Assembly: GCA_013239625.1 (NCBI GenBank) | Contig: MU053559.1 | Coordinates: 3,598,607-3,662,606 of the forward strand | Direction of reading: 5' to 3' | Length of the DNA: 64,000 bases | Origin: Lama guanicoe | Taxonomy: Eukaryota | Shown here: positions 52,084-64,000 of the stretch, piece after piece | Layout: each line of letters begins with the position of its first letter | How positions within the stretch are numbered: position 1 is the stretch's first letter | Notes under the pieces: model-generated | Told to the model about the DNA's origin: nothing | Database searches by the model: none | The model's input: only the letters and a program-made list of their open reading frames with translations | Program-made: the position numbers and the translations under genes

Positions 52084-53289
52084 CTATCTCCATGCCACAA
52101 TTGAACCAGGAAAAAACAGTAGCCTTAGAAGGTAAAATCTGAGAGTTGACGGCAAGGAAAGGTTTCCAATCCTGGCTGCTCAGTCCCAGGGCTACATCAT
52201 TGCTGAAAGCAAATGTGTTACAAGTAAAAAGCAACAATCACTAACACTGCAACAGTTTTGATTAGCATTTCAAGGTCCGTAAGTACTTGGTTTGCCTTTC
52301 CAGGTCGTCCATGTGACAGTTTTGCCAATGCCCTCCAACTTTCTCTATCTTTCAATCCTGTGACATCTCTTTTCTGGCTACCAGCATCCTGCCCACTAAG
52401 CTAATGGCACACAATTAAAATTTTTGTTATATTAGTTCTCCACTTCAAGGTATCATCAAATGATGAGTCCAAATAAAAATTCAAGAATAGATAAGCTTTG
52501 ATGCAATTGGTACCAAACATTAAATGTTTAAATAAAGATTTAAATTGGAAGAATTACAATTGTAGTGCACAATGAACTACAGATTTTTTTTAAAGCCCTT
52601 CTATGGTAAACAAATCACATAATCTATAAAATCAGAATGTGGGGAAGAGGAGAAAGGAAGCGGCATTAGAAAGGTGAATGCTACTGACATCTTCCTTCAT
52701 AGTATGGAATCAGTCTATACCAACCATATACTTGTAGCTAATAAAGAAACAAAGACTCAAATCTCTTAATGATTTTTTTTATCATCTTTTAACTTTATGC
52801 TACAGAGCTGTTTCAGAAACTAATATCTCTTGGGATTATGCAGCATTTATTTGAAGTTGAGCCCTTCCTTCAGTTCCCTTCACTTATGTTTCCTCCATGA
52901 AATTCAAGTACATTCATGTCATTAAAAATAGCAAATATAGTATAATTTAATTCTCAAATACTTATATTTCTTTCTTTGCCCTTTCTTTCCTCCTTCCTTA
53001 CTTTTTCTTCCTTCCTCCTTCTCTCCATCATTGATTTGTTTATTTGTCCATCCATATCAACCATCCATCCATCCACCCATGTATCTATCCATCTTTCTAT
53101 GTTGCAGATGCTTACAAAGAGGTCTGGAAGGTAATGAACCATATGTTGTAACTAATTTTTTCTTAACCTGAATGGTATGATTTGAGGTAGTTTGTTGCCT
53201 TCTTCATTGTATTTTTTAGTACTGCTTGAACTTTATGTGAAGAGCTCCTCTCATTTCTATTTTGAAAAATGTAATTAGACACGGACTTT

Positions 53290-53472
53290 ACTTTTCATAT
53301 TCTTTCCATTAGAGCTTATTACAAGATATTGACTATAGTTCCCTGTGCTATACAGTAGGACCTTGTTGTTTATCTCTTTTATGTATAGTAGTGTGTATCT
53401 GCTAATCCCAAACTCCTAATTTAGCCCTCCGCCCTCTTTCCCTTTAGGTAACCATAAATTTGTTTTTTATGC
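53290..53472 (-). mobile_element. L1 3' UTR fragment
   Basis: ttattacaagatattgactatagttccctgtgctatacagtaggaccttgttg...ctaatcccaaactcctaattta; similar to 22920-23080. Confidence 0.75.
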
Positions 53473-54558
53473 ACAGACTCTACTTTTAAGAGCTCATGAT
53501 CTATGAGAAGAGGTAAGATCCAGTGTTTCCAGCAGATCTCTGTGATTCTCACCTGCGTAGGCAGCAGTCTCCTGGGTTACAGATCTATTAACAATAACGA
53601 AACTGCTTCCAGCCAGGCTTAGTGACTGAGCTTCGACCCTTTGAGTTCAGACAGTCTAGAGCCCAAAGCAGCTGTTTGAATGCAGAACCTCAAAGGCTCT
53701 TATCCTGGTATTACTGAGCTGCAGAATTTTCCCAGTGTCTCCTGCACACACACTTCATCATTGACTTTTTGTATGACCTTGGCCATGTTATTTCTGCTTT
53801 TGTGCCTTGATTTCCCCATTTGCAAAAGGTGGATATTTGTACCTGTCCTGCTTAGTGCTTTGAGATTTGAAAGAGAAAAAAATAACAGAAGACATTGATC
53901 AACATTATTCTCACCAAGAAGGCTGCTTGGATACACTGGACATACTAAGGATGTTCTCATAGAGTCTGTTTACTTTCAAAAACAAACTTTTCTAATAGGC
54001 TCAGAAGATTCTTACTACCAAGGAAGAATTTAAATGGTGAGATACCAGATAGTTTAAAGCTTTACAAATTCTTTTCGAAAGAGAACCAGGCCAATAAACT
54101 CATCCTGAAAATATTTTTGTAGGCTCTTTATACACCAAAATAGAACTTCTCCTACTTTTAAATACAGTCTTCCCTTCTTTATTTGTTTCCCATGTTACTA
54201 ATGGGCTTAGGATATCAGCATTTGGCTGCACAGACTCACACACCCAGACAAACAGTAAATAGATAATAGAAAAGAGAAATTAACCCCCCCCCCTTTTTTA
54301 GCTGTGTTACCTTGTAAATTTCCTTCAGCTCTACTCTGATGTCTTCAGATCCTGCATATGTGGTGATTATTTAGCCCAGTTGAGACCCTTTCCTTCCAGT
54401 TATTAAATGGTAGTGGTAATACTTTGGAGAGCTGTCAGGAGACAGTGGGCATGTCCGTTTCCTAATCTCTAAATCATCTCAGTTCAGAGACTCAAAATAC
54501 ATTCATTTTCCTCATTTTTGATGTGAAATCTGGGAATACTCATTAAAATAGCCTAAAG

Positions 54559-55029
54559 CAACGCTGTCCAACAGAAATGTAAGATGTCACATATGTCCCT
54601 TCAAATTTTCTAGTAGCTGTATTTGAAAAGTAAAAAGAAACAGGTGAAATTAATTTTAATAATATATTTTATTGAATCCAGGATATCCAAAATATTATCA
54701 TCTGAACATGTAGTCCAGTGGTGGGGGATGTAGCTCAGTGGTAGAGCACATGCCTGGCATGCATGAGGTCCTGGGTTCAATCCCCAATGCCTCCATTACA
54801 TAAATAAATAAATCAATCTAATTACTCCCCCCCCAAAAACAAACAAGAAACAAAAACACATGTAGTCCATATAAAACATTATTAAGATGACATTTACATT
54901 CTTGTTTGGTACTAAGCTTTAGAAATTCAGAATGTAGTTTATACTTACAGCACATCTCAATTTGGACTAGCCCCATATTAAGTTTTCTTAGCCTCATATG
55001 GCTAGTGGCTCCTGTACTGAACAGCAGAG
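54559..55029. mobile_element. MER33/MER3-like hAT-Charlie DNA transposon interrupted by a SINE
   Basis: Degenerate TIRs caacgctgtcca / tgaacagcagag; 8-bp TSD gcctaaag (54551-54558) / gcctaaaa (55030-55037); ~320 bp once the SINE is removed. Confidence 0.8.
54718..54857 (+). mobile_element. vic-1-type tRNA-Ala-derived SINE
   Basis: tagctcagtggtagagc...ggttcaatcccc head; perfect 12-bp TSD acatgtagtcca at 54706-54717 and 54858-54869. Confidence 0.9.
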
Positions 55030-56758
55030 GCCTAAAAGGTTAGCAGATTTTATGTATTTTTGCAAGTATTTCTAATCCATCTTCAGCTTTTTAGAAACCT
55101 GTATAAAACACTTTTAGATCTTACAACATAAACCCAACATTATGGCATAGATTAATTTCACTTATTCTGACAACTTCATTATCTGGTATTGCAAAGAACT
55201 TGGAAATAAATGAGATTCCTTATGTGCCTCTTGCTTCCTAAGGGCAAACCAGCTTTGAATCCCTTTCTGAATACTCTCCTAGGTCCCCAGGGAGATGCCA
55301 TGTCCCTGAGATTTTCATTCACGAGGCAGCGAGCAAGTTAGAACTCAGTGAGGTTGAGGGGGTCAGAGATGTTGCCATAGACAATATTTTGGACACTTTT
55401 CAAAACCTAAAGGGCATTGCTAAATAAATTTAAGGAAATTACTTTAGGGAGAGCATAAGTACTTTTCATACGGTGGCAATATTTTAATAAAGTTGTTAAA
55501 TTATCCTTGACTATGACTTGGGAGAAACCACAGAACTGGCCCAAAGTGTTATAAATGATTATTGTCTTAAAATAGAGTTAAGGAAGATTCCCGCAAGTGA
55601 TGAGTTGTAGAGACGATGAGGCTATAGTTCAACAGAAGATGCTTATTTACTCCCTTCATCTTTTTGCACACATGCTCCCTGCAAAACTCTAAGCGAAAGG
55701 GCTGCAGAGTGACCTGGAGCCTTTTACAGTTGACATTTACTGTTTCCCCTTCTTTAAGTTGGCAAATGTTAAGAGCCACTGCTACAGACAGCGTCTGGTC
55801 ACGTGCAAACTAAGGGAAAAAATCCCAATTCATCGTCACCTATAGTTTAGGCTCTCACGTTGAACTGAACATATCTGTGCATTGTGGTTCCTGGAGACTC
55901 AGTTCAAAATTGAATTCAGTAACAACAATAGCCAATACCTTTTGAGATTTCAATGTGTGCAGAGCCCCATGCTAAGCATTTGATCTGCGTTAACTCAATT
56001 CTCAGATACTCAATACTTAATACTCCCAAGAGCCACCTGATCTAGCAGCGTTAGGAGCCCACCGAGGCCACTGACATGAACTTTCCATTTGGTTAAGTCA
56101 AAGGCTGTTGAGAGACACTGAACTTTCTCATTTCATTCTTAACTTGAGAATTCTTAATTTGAGCTCTGTTATACCAGATAAATATGAGGAGACAGCCATA
56201 CACGAATCTCATGTTCATTTCATCTTTCCATTGCAAACATAATATAGTCAGAAGAAGCATTGCTTTATGTACCACTTCATGCTTTATGCAGAAAAGAGAA
56301 GATAAAATATTTAAGGGTGACCTATGTAGAGTAGATGTTTTGGCAGTTGAAGAGGATCATTATGATACCTAATGACATTGATCCATTGGATTAGAAAGGA
56401 TGAGGGTCCGTCTAAAAACAACAGGTTGCTTTAAGCTGCTACCTCTCTTTCTAAGGCCAGGATCTTTGTACTGCTGCTATTTTAAGGACCTTATATTTCT
56501 CCTTTATTACTTCCAGGCATTTCTCCCAGATCACTGTTGACATCTTTTCTATGTATCCAGGCTGGGGTTAAGGTTTCTTGACTGCAGAACCCTAGAAGGA
56601 AAAAAAAAGCAATAAAAAATAAATTAGAAGAATGAATGAAACTCAATTTTTATTATGGCTTACAAGTCCCTACATGATATGCCCCTTCCAACCTCCTAGT
56701 CCAGCCACTCTGGCTTCTAGTATGCCAAGTTTACTCCTACCTCAGGGCTTTGGCACTT

Positions 56759-57280
56759 TGAGGCAGATTAAAGATGGCCACATATTCTCTGATGCCCCTC
56801 TCATGGGGAGGGAGAGGTGGGTTCTATGCCCCCTTCCTTTGGGAGGGCACTGTTGCTGATTTGACCAGTAGTATATGGTGGAAATGATGCTGTTCCAGTT
56901 TGGGGTCCAGGCCTTAAGGAACTGGCAGTACCAATTCTGTCTTGGAACAGTCACTCTTGGAGCCTTAAGTTACACCATGTATGAAGTCCAAATACCTTGA
57001 GAACACTATGCTGGAGAAGCCACATATAGGTACTCTGGTCTCCTTCCCCAGCTGAATTCAGCCTTCCAGCCTTACCTTCCAAGGCCTTAGACTTGGCAGT
57101 GAAGCTATTTTGGGCGTCCAGCCCAGTCAAGCCTTCAAATGACTACAGCCCCAGCCCATCTCTGATGTAGCTGCACTAGTGACCTCAAGCAAGAACTGCA
57201 CAGCTGAGCCCAGTCAACTCACAGAACCCATTTTTTAAGACATGGGCTATCTCTTTATGCATCAATAGATAACCCAAACG
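56759..57280 (+). mobile_element. MaLR LTR (MLT1-type) inserted in an L2 fragment
   Basis: ggcagattaaagatggccaca...cagctgagcccagtcaactcacagaac...caatagataacccaaac; L2-like flanks (cctcagggctttggcactt | gccattccctccacttggaatgc) rejoin if it is removed. Confidence 0.7.
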
Positions 57281-58589
57281 TAATTGCCATTCCCTCCACT
57301 TGGAATGCTTTTTCTCAGGTCTCAACTCAAATAGCGTCTCCTCAGAGAGACCTTCCCTGGTAACCCCACCTGAAAGAGCAGCCTCTCCCACCCCACCTAG
57401 TATTCTCTGTTACAGTCCCTAATTTATCCCTCCCCTGCTTTATTGTTTATTCAATGCACTTACAAATGGTTAACATTGTATCCGAGATGCATTTGTTTTC
57501 CATCTGCCTTCTCCTGGTGGAATGTAAGCACCATGAGGACAGAATTTTTTTTTTTCTATTTTGTCTACCACAGGATCTCCAGTACTTGGATAAGGACCTG
57601 GCTTTAGGTAAAGGTGTTTTCCGTGAATGACTGAAAGAATGGGTCTTTGCCTATTCTATGTGAGCCTGTCCCTTTTAGGGAACAATTGGGCAGATTTTAA
57701 TTTGGTATTGTTGTTAGGGGCAAAAGTGAAATATTTTAGTCGGAAATAATCTAGTCCTACAGGAAATCCAGTGCCTACCTCGTCTGATGTCAAGAAACCA
57801 GGTGCGCCACTCCCATCTCAACACATACACCTCTATTCCCACCAAAATTCCACAACCGAAGACTATTTTCCTTGTCCACAGTTAAGTTACAAATAAACTT
57901 ACAAATACAGAGGCAAAGAAAATATACCAAAATCCTTGCCCTCATGAAGCGTACATGTGAGCTGGGTAGGACAGACAATAAACAAACAAAATATATAGAA
58001 AACCAACTTATCTACCTAAAATAGAATTAGAATTAACTATGTTTGATTTTATATTGCTTTTAACTTGCAGTAACAGGCACAATCAAGAAATGCAAAATGC
58101 AAAATTAAAAAAGTATGAAATATGAATTTTCTTCAAATAAAGTTAACTCCAATATAGCAAAATTCTTATATCACATTATCTGAAACTTTAAAAAAAAGTC
58201 CATTTTAAATTTAACACTCTCAACTCTAATGGGCATATGAGTTGATTTTCAAATACATGTTAGAGTTAAAAATCAGTTAACCACCAAGTTGTGGAATTAT
58301 GCAAAGTTCTGTTTGGCTTTTAAAGTCTGTTGCTTTTCCCATGTCAAGATTTAATAATTTCTACAAAGGGTTGGAACTTTGTAACCAGATCTGTTAAATC
58401 TCCCATGTATATTAAAGCAATGCGTAATAAAACGTCTGCTCAGCCGTATTTGAAAAATACATATATTATCAGAAAGTCCTGAGTGCTTACAAAGAATGGG
58501 AGGTGAGAGAGAATGGGATCTAATTTCAAACACAATAGTCAGGTAGGGCCTCACCAAGGAGGTGACATTTCAATAGAAACCTAACCCTC

Positions 58590-58730
58590 ATCTGTAGGAT
58601 TTGCATGGTGTAAATACTACACAGTGGCTCAGGTCAACCTACCCACTTATCGTTGATTCACGTGGAGGTGGGAAGCAAGGAGCCCAATTGCTTCTCCAGA
58701 GCCAGTACGTGCGAGCCCGGCACCACACAG
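58590..58730. mobile_element. MER63-like hAT relic
   Basis: ggtgtaaatactac...ggaggtgggaag...gagccagtac...gcaccacac resembles the MER63 end as recalled. Confidence 0.4.
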
Positions 58731-58800
58731 GAAGGTCAGAGAGGTAGCATCCTACTCTAGATGGCAGAGGACTTGTGGGCAGTTATGAGAACTTTGGTTT

Positions 58801-58945
58801 GGGGAAGGTATAGCTCAGTGGTAGAGTGCGTGGTTAGCATGCATGAGGTCCTGGGTTCAATCCCCAGTACCTCCATTAAATATAAACAAATGGGTAAATG
58901 AACCTAGTTACCCCCCCAAAAAAATAATTTAAAAATAAAAAACAA
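58801..58945 (+). mobile_element. vic-1-type tRNA-Ala-derived SINE
   Basis: ggggaaggtatagctcagtggtagag... head; TSD atgagaactttggttt (58785-58800) / atgagaacattggctt (58946-58961). Confidence 0.88.
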
Positions 58946-59048
58946 ATGAGAACATTGGCTTTTACTCTGGGTGATACAAGAATAGATTGGAAGGTTTTTA
59001 AGTAGAGAAGTAACGTGATCTGATTTTAATTTTAAAAGTTATGTTCTA

Positions 59049-59191
59049 AGGGTAGGGGAGCATATAGCTCAGTGGTAGAGTGCACACTTAGCATGCACAA
59101 GGTCCTGGGTTCAATCCCCAGTGCCTCTATTAAAAAATTAATTCAACAAATAGATAAATAAACTCAATTACCTCCCCCTTCACCAAAAAAG
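59049..59191 (+). mobile_element. vic-1-type tRNA-Ala-derived SINE
   Basis: Head with A/B boxes and attacctccccc tail; TSD aaagttatgt(t/c)cta at 59035-59048 and 59192-59205, at a canonical TT/AAAA site. Confidence 0.88.
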
Positions 59192-60309
59192 AAAGTTATG
59201 TCCTACAGAAGTTGGCTCATGAGCAAACAGATACTTTGTTGAAGGGGGAGCACACATGCATGTGTACGCACATGAGCACTTGGTTATGCGTATATTTCTT
59301 CTTCACAGGTGTCAATTCACCCCAGCCAGCACACTGCTCTTTCTTTGGGGTAGATACAAAAGAATACATCTTTTCCTGTGAAGGGCCAATCCCCTTGCTT
59401 CATTCAGACATTTAATCAAGAGCTTGCTAAAATAAAAATGCCGTATATTATCACGGCTTTTAAGAATATGTGGCCCGTTCAACCCACGAGCTTCTCATAA
59501 AAGTGACATTCCACACACGTTATGAAGCCTTATGTTGTCATCACAATTAGTTATATTACTTCGTTTTGTTAAGTGGTGATGAAAGTGTTCTCAGGCTCCT
59601 GCTCTGCCCTCCAGCTCGGATGCGCATAGTATTCTACTCACACTGATATTTGTACATTTAGGAAACATAAAGGTTGTCAGCAGACATTCAATAATTTTGA
59701 AGGGAAGCATTTTGAAACTAGCCTATACTGCATTTCTTATTACCATGGTCATCATTTAAACCTCCCTCAGGTCAACGTAAGTTAGCTAGCATCCTGTGGG
59801 CCGCTTTGGAATTTAAAGCAATCATAGGAGACCATATCCCTGCATGGAATTTTACAATTGAAGCTATGCATAAGAATGATGTTAGAGGTATTTTAGAAAC
59901 CTTCTGAGTTAATAGATTAATTTTGAGTGAGTCTGAATGGTACAGAGCAAAGAAAGAGAAAATACTTTTATGGTGACAGACTTCCTCGGCATAAATACAT
60001 AGGCTTGAAGATGGAAAAAGCGAGATAATTGAAAATAATGTCCAAAAGAAGAAAGGGAAATGCTTATACATTTAACAGAAGCCATGAATACATCTTATGT
60101 ACATCTTAAAGGGTATCTTTCTTACTTATGAAGAAATAGCCTTTGTCCCAGTGGTCTTTGGCTAATATCTTCCAGCAGCTTGAAGATATGTTAGCATTAT
60201 CGTATTAAAGTTCGTCAAAGCCTTGAAAGATAGATGTCATCAAGTGTATTTGAGGAGAAAGTCAAAAAATAAAACCACCAGCCCATCTGTAATGATATAG
60301 AGATTGGTA

Positions 60310-60555
60310 TCGTAGGCTTAGAACCCAGAGGAACTTTGAATTTCTGACTCACTGCTTATTAGCTGTGTGAGTTGAGGCAAGTTTCTTAACCTCTCTGTGC
60401 CTAAATGGGCACATCCTTGTAGGATTGTTAAGAGACAAATGAGTTAAATTTTTAAATCCTTGAAAGAGTCCCTGGTACACAGCAAATGTTCAGGAAGTGT
60501 TAGCCACTTTGATGATGATGATGATGGTGGTGATGGTGGTGGTGATGATGGTAAT
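60310..60555 (+). mobile_element. MIR SINE ending in a (GAT/GGT)n repeat
   Basis: cactgcttattagctgtgtgagttgaggcaagtttcttaacctctctgtgcct...cctggtacacagcaaatgttcag. Confidence 0.7.
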
Positions 60556-61339
60556 TATGCTGCTTGCCTATCACAGTCCTTATTTCTCTTACCCACTTTC
60601 TTCTTGCTCATGACTTCTCCTTTGCAGTGGTGGGCTTTTTTAAGCAGGTGGGTGTCGATCAAAAGTACCCCTTAAGTGAATTTCTTTGAAAACACTTCCT
60701 CTCTGAAAAGAATTGTTTCAAAGAAGCAGATGCCTCTGGGATATTCCTGTCATCTCAGTAAAGTTGGTAAAGTTTGAATTCTCTTAAAATGTCTTCGAGT
60801 TGTCTTGCATGTAAAATTCACAAGACTTGCCTCTTCCTTCCTTCGTGTGACTCTCACTCCAGGTTTCTCCTGCAATGTCGCTTCTCTCCTAGACCCCAGA
60901 ATATTCCTCTGATCGGAATCTGCTCAGCATACTTCTTACTGCCGCAACAAGTGACTTCCTTAAATCAACACTGTTCCACCACCGGGGATTAAAGTTCATA
61001 GCAGCAAAGCTCATTTTGGGGCAGAGGAAACTTTCTATTTATGCATAAAGTCTCTTTTGATTTATTCCAAAGTGGCGTTCCTATTTCAAAGCATTGGATT
61101 TCTTTGGAGGGAGTCTTCTGACTCATCCAAGTGAATCATCATTTTGGTTTGTACCGTTAGAGAAAGTAAACATTTTCTCTCAAATAATTTATGGAGTGGA
61201 AAGTTGGTATGTTTACCGGCATTAATCAGTGGCTGACTTTGGAACTGGGTGAGTTATTCGTTGGAAAGTAGAATATGTGTTGTGTTGGGTACATTCAAGG
61301 CTATGAATTTCCATCTTGTGAGGACCTCTCTGTAAAGAA

Positions 61340-61535
61340 AGGCAGACTCACTCTGGAGTCACAGCCCTCTGTTTACGCCCCGGGCTTTCAGTAAACTCAC
61401 TGTGGATCCCGGGCATGTAATTTACTGCTTCTTAGAGCCTCAATTCCTAGTCTGTAAAGTGAGACTATTACTTTCCACCTCCCAGGGTTGTCATGAAAAT
61501 TAAATATGATAATATACCAAATGACTTTATAAATA
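61340..61535 (+). mobile_element. MIR SINE
   Basis: ctctggagtcacag...gagcctcaattcctagtctgtaaagtgag...cctcccagggttgtcatgaaaattaaatatgataat. Confidence 0.7.
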
Positions 61536-62688
61536 TCAGGTACTTTTACCATTAAAAAAAAGTCTTATGTGGTAGAGAAACCCTTCAGGAGGGCAATTTT
61601 TTTTTTTGATCATTTACTTTTTGGACACAGCTTTTCTAGACTGAGATCATCACAAATCCTCAGATTTCAAAATGACAGTCTGGTAACCCAAAGATGATGA
61701 TAATTAACAATTGATAATAATGGCCCCCAAAACCCCGTTTTGAGAAAAATCATTTATTTTAAAAGTCTTAATCTCTTTCTCTTTCCCTGTCTCTCTCCCC
61801 TTTTATGTTGTCTGTGCCCAAGTTACAAAGTGATTTTTCATCTTCTCATTACTCTATGTCGTTTGGGCACATCAAAAGCATTCAGATAATATCTTTGAAA
61901 GACAAGGGACGCACCTGTCGTCTGGCACCTGTGATCGCAGTGAGGCTCCAGTTGGGCTAGGGAAGGGGTGCAGTTGTTTGGGATTAGTTGAGCTGCTCTC
62001 TGAGGCTGGCGTTCAGGCTCTAGGTCTGGAGGTTCAGAGAGTACTTGCCAGAGAAGGTGACTGGATGAGCGCCTTCCCTGACAAGGGTGTGCTGGGGTGA
62101 GCAGTTTGGAGATTGATTTTCTCTGCTGGTAAAAATCCCAGCAGGCTGAGTGATGCTGTGAAGGCAGGAAGCTTTTGCACCTTCTGCTACAAAGTTGTCC
62201 CTGAGCTCACACGGTGCAATTCCCCTAGAGGGTCTGGAGAGCCTCCCGTCATGGGAGGCTCAAGACGTGTTTATAAAGGGGCATTGTGGTATTTATTAAA
62301 ATAACAATGACAATCACATCCTTTGAAGCACTTTCTATATATTATCTCATTTAATCCTTGCTTCAGCCTCTAAATGACAGTTGACAATACCTTTTGTGGA
62401 AAGATAAGTGTAGGGACAGTAGTGATGATATTAGTCGGTGTTTACACGTTTGCTCTGGACGACGCACTCTGTTATGAGACGTATATGCATCTTCCCACTG
62501 GTTGCCGGCAATGACATCATGACATTGGTTCTATTTACATCCACATTAGACAGTAGCCAGACAGTGGAAGCTGTTTGCTTGAATTCACATGGTTACTTAG
62601 TTATTCAACATTGCAGGCTGTTTTCTCGCCTCTAATCGCATGTATGTGGGCGTTAAAATGGATCCTTTTCAAGTGATTTCTGTTGTTT

Positions 62689-63153
62689 TGTGAAGGAAAG
62701 GCCGGGCTGGTCTAACAAGATAACTCACAAGTCTAGGAATGTGAAGGAGAGGCTGGGCTGGGCTAACCAGATAACTCACAAGTCTAAGTATTGGAATACT
62801 GATCTGAGTTCTGCTGGACTAACTTGTAAATCTAGGTTAATTAGTGTTGGTTTGCTGTTCATGTTTTTTTGCTAGCCAGCTGGGTTTTCAAAGATACATA
62901 TCTGGCTTTGGAATGTTGGTTTGCTGCCTCCCCACCTCCACTTTTGTGATGATGCTGCTGCTAAAGCTGTTCCATGCCTATTGGCCGAATACTCCAAGCT
63001 TGTACTTTACCCTATAAAACCTCATGCTCATGTCTTGGAGGTGCTCAGAGCTTCGGAGCAGAAGCCCCTCTGAGCCCGCCGGCGTAATACATCTGAGTAC
63101 TCCAACCCTCCGAGTGGTGCTTGTTTCTTGACTGGCCTGTTGTTTCTGTAACA
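62689..63153 (+). mobile_element. Solo LTR of a class I (ERV1/gamma-like) endogenous retrovirus, 465 bp
   Basis: TG...CA termini; 4-bp TSD gttt at 62685-62688 and 63154-63157; TATAAAA at 63013-63019; AATACA at the poly(A)-signal position 63086-63091. Confidence 0.85.
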
Positions 63154-63279
63154 GTTTGAGCACTCTAAATAAGGGTTTGCTGTGATCGTGGTTAAGCCAG
63201 TGTCCCTTTTTTGACTAAGGCGAATCGTGTTTGGTTTTATTTCTTTACTGCCCTACAATTCAGTCACCTAAAAATCACT

Positions 63280-64000
63280 TTATGTCTTACTGTGATCTAT
63301 TTTTCACTCACAATTCTTCTGACACCAGATGTGTGGGGATTTTTTCCCCCACACCAACCAAATCTTAAACTGAGTGGACATCAACTGGGTGTCCTCCAGT
63401 TCAATTCATTCTGACAACTGACAACCTGAAGTTAGCGCAGGCCCCACATGTTAGGGGCTCAGTCCCACAAAACTGCCACCACTTCGCAGTTTCCAGGCCT
63501 CCCCTACTTCTGACTGACCAGCTATAAATCGGAAGTTCCCATGACACACTCTTCAGGTTGGAAAATTTGCTAGAACAGCTCACAGAACTCAGAGAAAACA
63601 GTTTACTTATGACTACTGGTTTATTATAAAAGATGCAGATGAACAGCCAGATGTGGAGGAACATAGGGCCAAGTCTGGAAGGGTCCTGAGCACAGGAGCA
63701 TCAGTCCTCATAGCATCCAGGGTGCAGCACCCTTCAGGCACATGGATGTGTTCTCCGCTGACACGGGGCCTCTCTGAATTCCCTTGTTTAGGGATTGTTA
63801 TGGAGGTTTCATTGTGTAGCAATGACTGATTAAATCACTGGGCTTTAGTGATTGCGTCATCCAGCCCTCCTCCCCGCTACTCCTTGGAGGTCTGGGGTGG
63901 GGCTGAAAGTTCCCGCCCTCTAGTCATGTGGTTGGTTCCCTTGGCAACCAGCCCCCATCCTGAAGCCATCTAGGGGCTCACTAAGAGTTACGTTATTAGC
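63280..64000 (-). mobile_element. Older LTR (MER21-like), running off the window end
   Basis: ctgggtgtcctccagttcaattcattctgaca...ggggctcagtcccacaaaactgcc...aatttgctagaacagctcacagaactcag; family and strand from recall. Confidence 0.6.

Noticed and set aside
58801..58875. tRNA-Ala(AGC)-like cloverleaf sequences (also near 24.4, 34.9, 39.6, 54.7 and 59.05 kb)
   Set aside because: All carry a shared non-tRNA tail and A-rich end, mostly with clear TSDs, and have stem mismatches: they are SINE heads, not tRNA genes.
61570..61600. aaacccttcaggagggc, weakly like the start of MAOB exon 4 (GKSYPFRG)
   Set aside because: No acceptor context and no continuing homology; exon 4 must lie beyond the window.
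1..64000. CRISPR arrays, operons, or a novel multi-gene or RT-associated system
   Set aside because: The sequence is mammalian intronic/upstream DNA; there is no repeat-spacer array, and the only reverse transcriptase is an ordinary LINE-1 ORF2.

Overview
Mammalian genomic DNA, very probably from a camelid (alpaca/llama/camel): it carries six tRNA-Ala-derived vic-1-type SINEs. The window holds the 5' part of MAOB (monoamine oxidase B, X-linked in mammals) on the + strand. This comprises a CpG-island/GC-box promoter, coding exon 1 (4604-4649), a 36.6-kb intron 1, exon 2 (41257-41351), a 944-bp intron 2, exon 3 (42296-42433) and the first ~21.5 kb of intron 3. The three exons splice in frame to residues 1-93, including the GxGxxG FAD-binding motif; exon 4 is not in the window. 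The rest is intronic or upstream DNA with many transposable elements: a young 3.1-kb antisense L1 with an uninterrupted 5'-truncated ORF2 and a 17-bp TSD, several shorter L1 3' ends, a class I ERV solo LTR with a 4-bp TSD, and older LTR, L2, MIR and hAT relics. I found no evidence for a new gene or multi-gene system. The most noteworthy signals are a duplicated pair of perfect NBRE (NR4A) motifs at the start of intron 1, a (GGCGGT)5 repeat in the core promoter, a twin-primed inverted L1 end nested in a SINE, a probable short L1 3' transduction, and S72/T73 in MAOB. Names of old repeat families and comparisons with human/rodent MAOB are from memory and need database confirmation.
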